DNA from: an uncultured Eubacteriales bacterium
GTDB lineage: Bacteria; Bacillota; Clostridia; Lachnospirales; Lachnospiraceae
NCBI GenBank assembly: GCA_900545225.1
Contig: UQXZ01000005.1
Location: 22,313 to 86,312 of the forward strand
Direction: 5' to 3'
DNA length: 64,000 bases
Of this stretch, positions 39,484 through 50,827 are shown one piece after another. The translations under genes and the position numbers were made by a program. The notes beneath the pieces are model-generated. The model was not told the DNA's origin and ran no database searches. It saw only the letters and a list, made by a program, of their open reading frames with translations. Position 1 is the stretch's first letter, and each line of letters opens with the position of its first letter.

Positions 39484-39530
39484 ATGGCAACGCGCATGAC
39501 AGCGTAGCGCATGCCAACGAAGTGCATATT
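39484..39530 (+). repeat. three degenerate tandem 12-15-nt units (TGnCAnCG..GCA) right after the stop codon
   Basis: TGGCAACGCGCA / TGACAGCGTAGCGCA / TGCCAACGAAGTGCA. Shares GCAACGC and ACGnAGTGCAT strings with 26123-26156. Confidence 0.5.
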
Positions 39531-39540
39531 TAAATTCTTA

Positions 39541-39587
39541 AAGATGTCCGATTGTGGGGTTATCTCCATAATCGGGCATCTTTTATT
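39541..39587 (+). terminator. rho-independent terminator
   Basis: AAGATGTCCGATT/AATCGGGCATCTT stem followed by TTTTA. Confidence 0.7.
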
Positions 39588-39650
39588 AAAAATGGAAAGT
39601 TATAATGCCCGTATTTCTTGCAAAGAGAAGTCATATATTCCCTTGTTTTC

Positions 39651-39679
39651 TTGCAAAAACCCTCTATAAAATATATAAT
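39651..39679 (+). promoter_or_regulatory. candidate promoter of the zapA-U32-ftsW-pbp cluster
   Basis: TTGCAA, 17-nt spacer, TATAAT. A second TTTCTTGCAAA copy lies 32 bp upstream. Confidence 0.45.
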
Positions 39680-39715
39680 TTTCATTAATTGTCTTTATTG
39701 AATTAGGAGGTAGGT

Positions 39716-40111
39716 ATGTCTGAAAAGGTAAGCATAGAAATTACTCTGGACGGAAAATCATATTTACTTACTGGAGATGAAAGTAAGGAATATATGACTA
39801 AATTAGCTGATTATATCAGCCAGAAAGAGGCAGCGTTAGATAGTGATGATAAAATCAGAGAACTTCCTAACAGACTACGAGATTATATGATGCGTTTTTG
39901 CATTGCAGATGATTATTTCAAAGCTTTAGATGAAATAGTGGATCTGAAAACAGTTATTGAGAAAAAAGACGAAGAAATATATGCACTTAAGCATGAGCTG
40001 GCAAAGACACAGACAAATCTTTCTCATATAAAGCATAATATTCCTGCAAATAATAAGAAGACCGAACCTGAAGCTGAAGAGCCTCAGAATGTGGAGAAAG
40101 AAAATGAATAA
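39716..40111 (+). CDS. zapA: cell division protein ZapA
   Basis: The N-terminal part VSIEITLDGKSYLLTGDESKEY followed by a coiled coil is typical of ZapA. SD AGGAGG. Confidence 0.7.
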   Translation: MSEKVSIEITLDGKSYLLTGDESKEYMTKLADYISQKEAALDSDDKIRELPNRLRDYMMRFCIADDYFKALDEIVDLKTVIEKKDEEIYALKHELAKTQTNLSHIKHNIPANNKKTEPEAEEPQNVEKENE

Positions 40112-42497
40112 GGTTGAGCTTTTAGCTCCGGCGGGAAGTCTGGATATCTGTAAGGCAGTTATAAATGCCGGTGCAGATGCGGTTTATCTTGGTGGCCAGA
40201 TGTTTGGTGCCAGAGCTTTTGCACACAATTTTACGGTAGATGAAATAAAAGAAGCGTTGGACTACGCTCACAACAGAGGTGCGAAAATCTACCTTACAGT
40301 TAATACACTTCTTAAAAATGATGAAATATACAGAGCCATAGAATATCTTAAGCCTCTGTATGAATATGGATTGGATGCGGTTCTTGTTCAGGATATGGGA
40401 TTGATGCGCCTCTTAAAGCTTTACTATCCTGATATGGCTATACACATAAGTACTCAGATGAATGTTACAGGGGAACATTTCCTGAAATATTTAAGAGAGT
40501 GCGGGGCAGAGAGAGTTGTTCTTGCAAGAGAGCTTACTCTTGATGAAATACGACATTTACATGATGAATGTGATATTGAATTAGAGGTATTTATTCACGG
40601 AGCACTCTGTTATTGTTATTCAGGACAGTGCTTTATGAGTTATGAGGCAGGTGGAAGAAGTGCCAATAAGGGTGCCTGTGCAGGACCATGCAGACTTCCA
40701 TATAAAAGTGAAAGTGGTGAGACGGGATATTTACTCAGTCCTAAGGATCTTATGTCCATACAGTCATTACCTGATATTTTAGACAGCGGTGTAGCTTCTC
40801 TTAAAATAGAAGGAAGAATGAAAAATATAAAATATGCCGCCGGAATCACTCATATGTATAGAGAGTATATTGATAAGTATTACGCATATGGCAGAAAGGG
40901 CTATGTTGTTAACGAAAAGGATGTAAATGACATGCTTGACCTCTACAACAGAGGTTTCGAAACAACGGGATATTTCTATACTACAAAATCAAGGGATATG
41001 ATGAGCTTAAGCCGTCCTAATCATATGGGTACTAAGGCGTTAGAGGTTATTGAGAACAAAAAGGGCAATATTACCTTTAAGGCTTTAGAGCCTATAAACC
41101 ATGGCGATGTATTTGAAATCGACAGAGAGAATTCATTTACAAGCGGTAAGGATTTAAATGTCGGAGAATTTTTAAATGTAAATCTTCCTTCTAAATATAA
41201 GCTTGGTAAGGGAACAATCCTCTACAGAGTAAATAATGCCAGAATTGAAGGAGAAATCTTAAGAGATTTTGTGGAAAATGGTAAGGAAATATATTTATCC
41301 ATTGATATTGCGGCAATTAAGAATGAGCCTATCAGAGTTACTGTTTCTACATATAATGAACTCCTTGATGAGTACATTTATGCAACTGCAGAAGGAACTG
41401 TTGTTCAGCCAGCAGAAAACAGACCTGTTACTGAGGACGACTTACTAAAGAAGGCGTCAAAGCTGGGCGGAACTCAGTATTCATTAGTTTCTGCACAGGC
41501 TCATGTGGATGGTGATATATTTATTGCCATTGGAGATATCGGCAAGGTCAGAAATAAGGCAATTGAGCTTCTGGAAAATGAGATAAGAGCGAGATTTGCA
41601 AGAAAATACAACGCTCCACAGGAAGAAGATACAGTTGTTGAATCACACAAATCTGAAGACGCTCCATTTATTTCTGCTCAGGCTTACAAGTTAGAACAGG
41701 CAGATGTTCTTGCGGACGCGAAAAATGTCTCCAGAATGTATATTTCATATCACTGCATTTATGAATATAGAAATAAGCAGTGGAAACTAAAAGATGATGC
41801 CGTTAAGGTGGTGGAAAGAGCAAAGGAACATAAAAAGGAAGTTTTCATTGCCCTTCCTGCTATCGCCAGGGAATCCAATGTTGGGATGACTGAAAGTCTT
41901 TTGGAATCAATACTGAATGACAGTTTTTCTGACGGAATGCTTATCCGAAATATGGAAGAATTATTAATATACAAAGAGTATGTTAATAAGAATAAAGACA
42001 ATTGTGCGAAAAAAATAGTATTAGATAGCAACATATACGTATATAATAAAGAGACAAAGATTTTCTTATTAGAAGAATATCGTGATATGTGCATTGATCG
42101 AATTGCTTCACCTATTGAATTAGATGAAAATGAGTTATCAGATCTGGTAAATGAAGTTCCGATGGAAATGGAACTTACGGTTTACGGAAAAGTGGCCGTT
42201 ATGCAGTCAGAACAGTGTATTAAGAAAACACTCAATACATGTGATCATTTATTTGGGATGGAATCGATCATACAAAATGGAAGTAATAAGCATAACAATG
42301 CAAAAAATAACGTATCATACAGTATGTTATGTCTTTGTGATTATTGCTTTACTACTATATTTGACTATAGGGCAAGAGATATTGACATTTCATTGGCGAA
42401 AAAACTGGATTGCGGAAGTATAAGATATGACTTTACTACGGAGTCTGCTGATGAAGTAATGGAAATATGTAATAAAATGCCTAAAGCCTGGAGGTAG
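40104..42497 (+). CDS. long U32-family peptidase-like protein (about 800 aa)
   Basis: VELLAPAGS...GADAVYLGG and E..IHGALCYCYSGQC U32 signature plus a large C-terminal extension. ATG 40104 overlaps the zapA stop. Confidence 0.8.
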   Translation: MNKVELLAPAGSLDICKAVINAGADAVYLGGQMFGARAFAHNFTVDEIKEALDYAHNRGAKIYLTVNTLLKNDEIYRAIEYLKPLYEYGLDAVLVQDMGLMRLLKLYYPDMAIHISTQMNVTGEHFLKYLRECGAERVVLARELTLDEIRHLHDECDIELEVFIHGALCYCYSGQCFMSYEAGGRSANKGACAGPCRLPYKSESGETGYLLSPKDLMSIQSLPDILDSGVASLKIEGRMKNIKYAAGITHMYREYIDKYYAYGRKGYVVNEKDVNDMLDLYNRGFETTGYFYTTKSRDMMSLSRPNHMGTKALEVIENKKGNITFKALEPINHGDVFEIDRENSFTSGKDLNVGEFLNVNLPSKYKLGKGTILYRVNNARIEGEILRDFVENGKEIYLSIDIAAIKNEPIRVTVSTYNELLDEYIYATAEGTVVQPAENRPVTEDDLLKKASKLGGTQYSLVSAQAHVDGDIFIAIGDIGKVRNKAIELLENEIRARFARKYNAPQEEDTVVESHKSEDAPFISAQAYKLEQADVLADAKNVSRMYISYHCIYEYRNKQWKLKDDAVKVVERAKEHKKEVFIALPAIARESNVGMTESLLESILNDSFSDGMLIRNMEELLIYKEYVNKNKDNCAKKIVLDSNIYVYNKETKIFLLEEYRDMCIDRIASPIELDENELSDLVNEVPMEMELTVYGKVAVMQSEQCIKKTLNTCDHLFGMESIIQNGSNKHNNAKNNVSYSMLCLCDYCFTTIFDYRARDIDISLAKKLDCGSIRYDFTTESADEVMEICNKMPKAWR

Positions 42498-42499
42498 GA

Positions 42500-44050
42500 A
42501 TGGTGTTAGTTGAAATTTCTAAGTATATCTTTACTGCAGTCATAGCTGTCTATGTTCTTGTATCATTTATGGGAGCATCGATACGTAATGATAAAAACCG
42601 CAGATGGATATATGCAACACAGAGTACAATGACATTCATATTCCACTTATTGGGATATGTAATATTGTTCTTAAACAATGGCAACGATATAAAATATCTG
42701 GTGCTTTATTGTTTCGAATTCGGATTGGCATTTGCAACAATTGTTGTATACGACGTGATTTATCCGAAATCATCAAAGCTTCTTGTTAATAACATGATAT
42801 TCCTTATGAGTGTGGGATATGTATTTATAGCAAGACTTGATTTTGATCAGGCTATAAGACAGTTTATATTTGCCTGCATCGGAATCGTAATAACATTCTT
42901 TGTTCCTATGGTAATAAAGAAATTTAAGAAAATGAGAGATTTAGGATGGATATATGCTGCAATCAGCTTTGTTCTCCTCTTGGTACTTTTATTCAGTGCA
43001 AGAGCGTACGGCGCTAAGATCAACATCTCATTAGGACATATAACAATTCAGCCATCTGAATTTATTAAGTTATTATTTGTGTTCTTTATTGCTTCTATGT
43101 ACAACAAAGCACTTACATGGAAAAAGTTATTGTTAACAACACTTGCGGCAGCGGCACAGATAGTAATGTTTATTGCATCTAATGACCTTGGTGCAGCCCT
43201 TATATTCTTCGTTGTATATATAATGATGACATTTGTTGCAACAAGAAGACTTATACTCTTTTTAGGAACTACAGGATTAGGAGCTTTAGGAGCATTTTTA
43301 GCTGCAAAGACAGTTCCTCACGTAATGAAACGTATAACTGCATGGAAGGATCCATGGTCAAATATTTACGGTTCAGGATATCAGATTGCATATTCTTTAT
43401 TCTCAATTGCTGCAGGTGGCTGGTTTGGTGTTGGCCTTACACAGGGAAGACCGGACACAATACCATTCGTTGCAAATGATATGATTTTTGCAGCAATCGC
43501 AGAAGAAATGGGAATAATTGTTGTCATCGGAGTATTATTTGTATTCCTTAACTGTCTTATTCTTACAATGAATATCGCATCAAGATGTAATACATTATTC
43601 TACAGACTTATTGCTGTTGGATTCGGTGTTACAATGGCATTCCAGGTATTCTTAACAGTAGGTGGTGTTCTTAAGATTATTCCACTTACAGGTGTTACAC
43701 TGCCGTTCGTAAGTTATGGTGGTAGTTCACTTATCTGCTCATTGTTTATGTTTGCCGTTATTAATGGTATGTACACAATGAGACAGGATCCTAATGAAGC
43801 AGAAAAGGCTGATATTACTTATAGAAGAAGAGAGCATAAAAAAGTAGAAGAAAAAATTAAAAAAGACCCTGATTTAACTGAAGATTTCAGTGAATACTTT
43901 AAAGACGGTGTTGATATAAATATTCCTGATATAAAAACGGATTCATCATCAAAGAAAGTTGAAAGTGACAAGGGGCATACAAAATTTTACAGTCCGGACG
44001 ATTTTAAAAATATAGATGACTACAATGAATTCGATGATTCTAAGTTTTAA
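42500..44050 (+). CDS. FtsW/RodA/SpoVE (SEDS) family protein with a charged C-terminal tail
   Basis: Polytopic, with SEDS motifs (IQPSEFIKL, TGVTLPFVSYGGSS). Confidence 0.85.
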   Translation: MVLVEISKYIFTAVIAVYVLVSFMGASIRNDKNRRWIYATQSTMTFIFHLLGYVILFLNNGNDIKYLVLYCFEFGLAFATIVVYDVIYPKSSKLLVNNMIFLMSVGYVFIARLDFDQAIRQFIFACIGIVITFFVPMVIKKFKKMRDLGWIYAAISFVLLLVLLFSARAYGAKINISLGHITIQPSEFIKLLFVFFIASMYNKALTWKKLLLTTLAAAAQIVMFIASNDLGAALIFFVVYIMMTFVATRRLILFLGTTGLGALGAFLAAKTVPHVMKRITAWKDPWSNIYGSGYQIAYSLFSIAAGGWFGVGLTQGRPDTIPFVANDMIFAAIAEEMGIIVVIGVLFVFLNCLILTMNIASRCNTLFYRLIAVGFGVTMAFQVFLTVGGVLKIIPLTGVTLPFVSYGGSSLICSLFMFAVINGMYTMRQDPNEAEKADITYRRREHKKVEEKIKKDPDLTEDFSEYFKDGVDINIPDIKTDSSSKKVESDKGHTKFYSPDDFKNIDDYNEFDDSKF

Positions 44051-44077
44051 AATCAAATTATAGAAGGTGGTGATAGC

Positions 44078-45616
44078 TTGAAGAATAATGATGACAAGAA
44101 TGTCAACAAAAAAGAAGTCAAAAAAGATGTTAAAAAAGACGTCAGAAAAGAAAAGAGTTCATTTTTATCAAAGCCTGTTGTTAAACCGGAAAAAACAAGA
44201 AAAAAGAGAAATGTTGAGACAAATATCATCTCATTCATTTTCATCGGTGTTTTCTTTGTAATGATTATTTATTCAATATTCTTTACATCATCAGAGGCAG
44301 AGAGTATTGCGGAGAGTCCGTATAACCCAAGAAATGCCACAGATCGTGCGCCTGATGTAAGAAGAGGTACAATCTATGCAAATGATGGAACAGTACTTGC
44401 TACTACAGAGGTGGATGAAGACGGTAAGGAAGTAAGAAAATACCCTGAAGCAAATCTCTTCTCACTTGTTGTAGGTATGAGCAGAGGTGTTGGTTCCGGT
44501 GTTGAAGGCGGTGCCAATACAGAATTGACAACATCAACATCAAAGCAGGAAGTTGAAAAGACAGAAGGACAGACTTCGACAGAGTATTATGGAGACAGTG
44601 TATATACTACACTTGATCCTGAACTTCAGAAGGCTGCTTACGACGCACTTGGTGATTATCATGGTGCAGTAGTTGCTGTTGATACTCAGACAGGTGAGGT
44701 TCTGGCAATGGTTTCAAAGCCTGACTTCGATCCTAATGAGGCAGGAACAAAATATAACGAATGGGCAAGTATTTCAGATGAAAATTCAGTGCTCATTAAC
44801 AGAGCTTCACAGGGCTTATATGCTCCGGGTTCTACATTTAAAATTGTAACTGCACTGGAATATGTTAAGGAACATCCGGATGATTACAAGGATTACTCTT
44901 ACATCTGTGAGGGTACAACATCAGTTCCTGGTGGTACACAGGTAATCTGTTATCATCGTAATGTTCACGGACAGGAAGATTTAAATAAAGCATTTATTAA
45001 TTCATGTAACTGTGCGTTCTCTGATATCGGTCTTAAGTTAGATATGGAAAGATTCAGAGCTACTGTTGAAAGTTTAGGTATGAATGAAGCATTACCTATC
45101 GAAATCGAGAGTAGTAAGACAAGATTCGACCTTGATTCAAGTTCAAGTATTTCTGAAATCCAGGAAACATCATTTGGTCAGGGTAATCTTTACATGACAC
45201 CTCTTCAGATGGCTATGATTACAGCTACAATTGCTAATGACGGTATCATGATGAAACCATATCTAATTGATAAGGTTGTTTCATCAACAGGAGAGATTGT
45301 TAAGCAGAATGCACCAACTGTTTATAAAAATGGAATTGCTGATGAGTCTGAAATCGCAGTGGTTCAGAGCTTTATGAGAAACATGGTTAGTCAGGGAGCT
45401 GCAAGCGTATTTGGCAGTGCAGGCTATTCAGTAGCGGGTAAGACAGGTACAGCTCAGTTCTCTAACGACAGTGAACTTGCGCACCTCTGGTTTACATGTT
45501 ACGCTCCGGCAAACAATCCAAGAATTGCCGTTACATGTATAGTAGAGCGTTCTGAGGTTTCTACAGTAGTTCCTGAGAGAATCTGTAAAGCCGTATTAGA
45601 CGCTTATCTTGATTAA
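44078..45616 (+). CDS. class B penicillin-binding protein (PBP2-type transpeptidase)
   Basis: STFK, SCN and KTGT motifs. TTG start after AAGGTGG. Lys-rich cytoplasmic N-terminus plus one TM segment. Confidence 0.85.
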   Translation: MKNNDDKNVNKKEVKKDVKKDVRKEKSSFLSKPVVKPEKTRKKRNVETNIISFIFIGVFFVMIIYSIFFTSSEAESIAESPYNPRNATDRAPDVRRGTIYANDGTVLATTEVDEDGKEVRKYPEANLFSLVVGMSRGVGSGVEGGANTELTTSTSKQEVEKTEGQTSTEYYGDSVYTTLDPELQKAAYDALGDYHGAVVAVDTQTGEVLAMVSKPDFDPNEAGTKYNEWASISDENSVLINRASQGLYAPGSTFKIVTALEYVKEHPDDYKDYSYICEGTTSVPGGTQVICYHRNVHGQEDLNKAFINSCNCAFSDIGLKLDMERFRATVESLGMNEALPIEIESSKTRFDLDSSSSISEIQETSFGQGNLYMTPLQMAMITATIANDGIMMKPYLIDKVVSSTGEIVKQNAPTVYKNGIADESEIAVVQSFMRNMVSQGAASVFGSAGYSVAGKTGTAQFSNDSELAHLWFTCYAPANNPRIAVTCIVERSEVSTVVPERICKAVLDAYLD

Positions 45617-45628
45617 AGGACAGATACT

Positions 45629-45988
45629 ATGGTTATAATCAGTGACAGATTATATGTTGGGGCAAGTATAGAGGACGTAAAAAAGGATGTAATAAAAGGG
45701 CTGAAGAAGAAACAGTTTCAGCCCGGTTTATATTGCATCACATTACCTCAGGAAGACGGAAATATTTTAGATATCAGAAGAGCGGCAACGCTCAGGGATT
45801 ACACCGTCAAGGCAGGTAAGATTTCATTAGGGATCAGGTTTAAAAAGACTACGGTTGATGATATAATCGTAGTCGGTATAGCCCTTGGAAGAAGTGAGGC
45901 CATTGATGTGGCATCACAGATCGTTCAGGATATATATTGCAACACTAATACATTTGATACAAAAAATTACTTTGGTTATGAAGTTTAG
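45629..45988 (+). CDS. hypothetical protein
   Basis: 119-aa ORF with SD AAAGGA, tightly spaced after the PBP gene. No motif recognised. Confidence 0.5.
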   Translation: MVIISDRLYVGASIEDVKKDVIKGLKKKQFQPGLYCITLPQEDGNILDIRRAATLRDYTVKAGKISLGIRFKKTTVDDIIVVGIALGRSEAIDVASQIVQDIYCNTNTFDTKNYFGYEV

Positions 45989-46005
45989 AATATGACGGAG
46001 ACTGT

Positions 46006-46863
46006 ATGCTTAGTATTATACTCACGATACTAATGATAATAGGAATAGTAGCTGCCGTCATAGCCGGTATTATAGTACTTATATTTTTCTATCCGCTGAC
46101 TTACAAAGTTGATGCAAGTTATCACGGAGAGATAAAAGCAAAGGCAAGTGCCAACTGGCTGTTTAACATTTTAAGAATAAGGTTTGAATTAATTGATAAC
46201 AAACCTGTCTATTCTGTCAAAATATTTAATTTTACAATTTTATCAAGTAATAAAAAGAAAAAGCGTAAGAAGAAAAAGAAAAAAGGCAGAAAGAAGTCTG
46301 ATGCAAACAGAAAGAAAGAAAAAGCTTTAAGTATTTCGGATAATCAGGAAAATAATGCTGACATCCCGGATAATGGTTCCGTTAATGCAGTATTTGAATC
46401 CGAGCAGAATAACGGCGACGGTAATTCTCAAAAGAAAGAGTTCTTCTTAGTCAGAATTTTTAAAGGTATTATTGGTAAAGTAAAGAAAGTATTTGCTTCC
46501 ATTAAGAATATCAAAGAAAAGATAGCTGTATGGCTTGATGATGAACACAAGAAATTATATGCATTTCTCTGGGTTAACATTATGAAAATCTTAAGAAAGA
46601 TTAAGCCAAAGGAATTCTCACTTGTTATCCAGGCGGGAACAGGAGAGGCATATAGTACAGGCACTGTGGTTTCATGGTACAGCCTGTTCTATGGTTTATT
46701 CCAGTTAGACTGGATTGATTTCAAGCCAGACTTTGAAGAAAAGAAATTTGAGATGGATTTACATGCTAAAGGCAGCTTTAGTGTAGGTCCGCTTGCTCTT
46801 ATAGCATTTAAGATTTATAGAAATAAAGATTTTAAGAGATTAATCCTCAAGAGAGGAAAATAA
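46006..46863 (+). CDS. DUF2953/YtfI-like sporulation-associated membrane protein
   Basis: N-terminal TM segment and a poly-Lys tract. Directly upstream of a GerW/YtfJ homolog, as in the B. subtilis ytfI-ytfJ pair. Confidence 0.55.
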   Translation: MLSIILTILMIIGIVAAVIAGIIVLIFFYPLTYKVDASYHGEIKAKASANWLFNILRIRFELIDNKPVYSVKIFNFTILSSNKKKKRKKKKKKGRKKSDANRKKEKALSISDNQENNADIPDNGSVNAVFESEQNNGDGNSQKKEFFLVRIFKGIIGKVKKVFASIKNIKEKIAVWLDDEHKKLYAFLWVNIMKILRKIKPKEFSLVIQAGTGEAYSTGTVVSWYSLFYGLFQLDWIDFKPDFEEKKFEMDLHAKGSFSVGPLALIAFKIYRNKDFKRLILKRGK

Positions 46864-46874
46864 GGAGATATATT

Positions 46875-47327
46875 ATGTCAAATACACCGGATGAAAAGAA
46901 TATGAAAACAGGATTTAACGAAACAGTTCAGTCATTATTCAAGGGCATGGATTCATATATTTCAGCAAAGACAGTAATGGGCGAGCCTGTTCATGTAAAT
47001 GATACAATCGTAATTCCATTAGTAGATGTATCTTTCGGTATGGCAGCAGGCGCATTTGCTAACGAGAAGAGCACACGTGCAGGCGGCGGTATGAAGGGTA
47101 AGCTTTCACCTACAGCAGTACTTGTAATTCATGACGGTATCACAAGAGTTATTCCTGTAAAGGATCAGGATACATTAACAAAGATCATGAACGCTGCACC
47201 TGATTTCATCGACAGAATCATGAAGTTCATCAAGAAGAAGACAGGTAAGGACTTCGGTTACAATACAGAAGATGCTGATGTTGAAGCAGCAGTAGAGTAC
47301 GCAGCAGAATCTGTAAAAGAAGACTAA
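46875..47327 (+). CDS. GerW/YtfJ-family sporulation protein
   Basis: Motif KTVMGEPVHVNDTIVIPLVDVSFGMAAGA...GGG is typical of GerW/YtfJ. Confidence 0.75.
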   Translation: MSNTPDEKNMKTGFNETVQSLFKGMDSYISAKTVMGEPVHVNDTIVIPLVDVSFGMAAGAFANEKSTRAGGGMKGKLSPTAVLVIHDGITRVIPVKDQDTLTKIMNAAPDFIDRIMKFIKKKTGKDFGYNTEDADVEAAVEYAAESVKED

Positions 47328-47476
47328 TAAAAAAGACTGATTAAAATTTTAATAAAGATATTAATTAAAAATATATAAATTCTCTTAAATTGTTAGCAAT
47401 CAGCATATACGGTTGCTAATTGATAAAATTAGTTTTATTATATATACAATTATTTGGAAATAATTTGTATGTATAT

Positions 47477-47516
47477 ACTCGTAGACATTTCTAAATAAGG
47501 TCTACGAGTTTTTTTA
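47477..47516 (+). terminator. strong terminator-like hairpin 60 nt upstream of clpX (orphan or leader)
   Basis: ACTCGTAGAC/GTCTACGAGT stem followed by TTTTTTT. The nearest upstream stop codon is 150 nt away. Confidence 0.6.
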
Positions 47517-47578
47517 ATAATATAAGTATGTACCATGAATTGGTTAGACTGCAATCTTATATTAAATAGGAGGTAGTT

Positions 47579-49006
47579 ATGTCTGATAATAATTCAAATG
47601 ATAAAAGATGTTTTTCCTGTGGAAGAACAGAAAAAGAAGCAGGTAAGCTCACTCATATGCCTAACGGATTCTATGTGTGCAGTGACTGTCTCAAATCCGT
47701 AAATGACCTTATTACATCAAAGTATGGTGATTTCAATTTAGGAAATATTTTCGGTGGAAGACAGCAGGAAAGTAAAAAGACTGAGGAAGAGATTAAGGAA
47801 GAAAAAGCCAACAAAAAAAAGAAAATAAATGAAGTTCTTAAAAGCATGGCCGGCATGCCTCCTCACGTTTTAAAATCAAAGCTTGATGATTACGTAATCG
47901 GACAGGAAAAGGCGAAGAAGGTATTATCAGTAGCCGTATACAATCATTATAAGAGAGTGGCATCTAAGGCTGGACTTAGAATTGCTACAGGAGATGAGGG
48001 CACAAATGCTCATAACACTCCTATGGTACAGGATCAGAGCATCAATGAATTATTCGGAGATGTAGAACTTGAGAAGTCTAATATCTTAATGATCGGACCT
48101 ACAGGTTCAGGTAAGACATATCTTGTAAAGACTCTTGCCAAGATTCTCGGCGTGCCACTTACCATTGCTGATGCAACAACTCTTACAGAGGCAGGCTTCG
48201 TTGGTGAGGATGTTGAAAGTGTAATCTCCAAGCTTTACAAGGCTTCAGGCGGAGATAAGGATAAGACAGAGTGCGGTATCGTATTCGTTGATGAAATCGA
48301 TAAGATTGCAAAGCATGCAGATGAGAGAACAAGAGATATCAGAGGTGAATCAGTTCAGCAGGCTATGCTTAAGCTCTTAGAGGGTAGTGAAGTTGAAATC
48401 ACTGAAAATGGCGGTCCTAAAAACGGACTTTCACCTATAATTACTATCGATACAAGCAATATTTTATTCATTTGTGGTGGTGCATTCTCAGGACTTGATG
48501 ATGTAATCAGAAAGAGACTTACAGGAAATGCCTCAATCGGTTTCGACGCTGAATTAAAGAATGAATATAAGGATGTTGACGATGTAATCAGTCAGGTAAC
48601 TGTTGATGATCTTAAGACATATGGTATGATTCCTGAATTCCTTGGAAGACTTCCTGTTATCTGCACACTTCATTCTCTTGATGAAGATATGCTTATTAAG
48701 ATTATAAGTGAGCCTAAGAATGCCATTGCAAAGCAGTATAAGAAGTTATTCTATCTCGATAACGTTGATTTGGAATTTACTGAGGGTGCATACAGAGAAA
48801 TTGCCAAGAAGGCTATTGAGAAGAAGACAGGAGCCAGAGCATTAAGAGCCATTATGGAAAATCTTATGCTTGATATGATGTATGAAATACCTAAGGATAG
48901 AAATATCGGTAAGATTACAATCGACGAGGATTTCGTAAAGGGCAGTGGAGTTCCTAACGTAGAAATGAGAGAAGGCAACACAATTATGCTCGAGGGTGGT
49001 AATTAA
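47579..49006 (+). CDS. clpX: ATP-dependent protease ATPase subunit ClpX
   Basis: N-terminal Zn-binding CxxC...CxxC, Walker A GPTGSGKT, IGF loop (ASIGF), sensor/LGRLP motifs. Confidence 0.85.
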   Translation: MSDNNSNDKRCFSCGRTEKEAGKLTHMPNGFYVCSDCLKSVNDLITSKYGDFNLGNIFGGRQQESKKTEEEIKEEKANKKKKINEVLKSMAGMPPHVLKSKLDDYVIGQEKAKKVLSVAVYNHYKRVASKAGLRIATGDEGTNAHNTPMVQDQSINELFGDVELEKSNILMIGPTGSGKTYLVKTLAKILGVPLTIADATTLTEAGFVGEDVESVISKLYKASGGDKDKTECGIVFVDEIDKIAKHADERTRDIRGESVQQAMLKLLEGSEVEITENGGPKNGLSPIITIDTSNILFICGGAFSGLDDVIRKRLTGNASIGFDAELKNEYKDVDDVISQVTVDDLKTYGMIPEFLGRLPVICTLHSLDEDMLIKIISEPKNAIAKQYKKLFYLDNVDLEFTEGAYREIAKKAIEKKTGARALRAIMENLMLDMMYEIPKDRNIGKITIDEDFVKGSGVPNVEMREGNTIMLEGGN

Positions 49007-49065
49007 TATCTTCCGCCAATATGTGTGCGAATCATATAAATAGATTACAATAGCTCTTACAAACA

Positions 49066-49105
49066 GAAAAAAACGCTTAGACCTTTAAGGCCTAAGCGTT
49101 TTTTA
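49066..49105. terminator. bidirectional terminator between clpX and gdhA
   Basis: ACGCTTAGACC/GGCCTAAGCGT stem flanked by an A-run and a T-run. Confidence 0.75.
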
Positions 49106-49226
49106 ATTTAATCGTTATCTAAAACGTTTATTCAGTTTTATCTTATCTGGCAACGATATATTAATACACTATTGTTCGGTGAAACAAATGTATTAAATTA
49201 TATTAATTTAATACATTTAATTAATA

Positions 49227-50567
<1,341 letters not shown>

Positions 50568-50827
50568 TCATCCTTTCATGCTTTTAAAAATAAATAAAAA
50601 GCGAAATTTACTTAATTTTATTACTTGATTAGTATAAAAAATAAATTATAAAAATGCAATAGTACTATAAGTATTTATTTAATAGTGCTGTAGGTATTTA
50701 TTTATAAGGAAATGTTTATTTTTTTTATCCTTTGTGATATAGTATTTAGATATTATTTTTTGCGAAATTTTGTATAATTGCAATTTCAATACATTTTTAC
50801 TTATCTTATTAGGAAGGGAATTCGATA

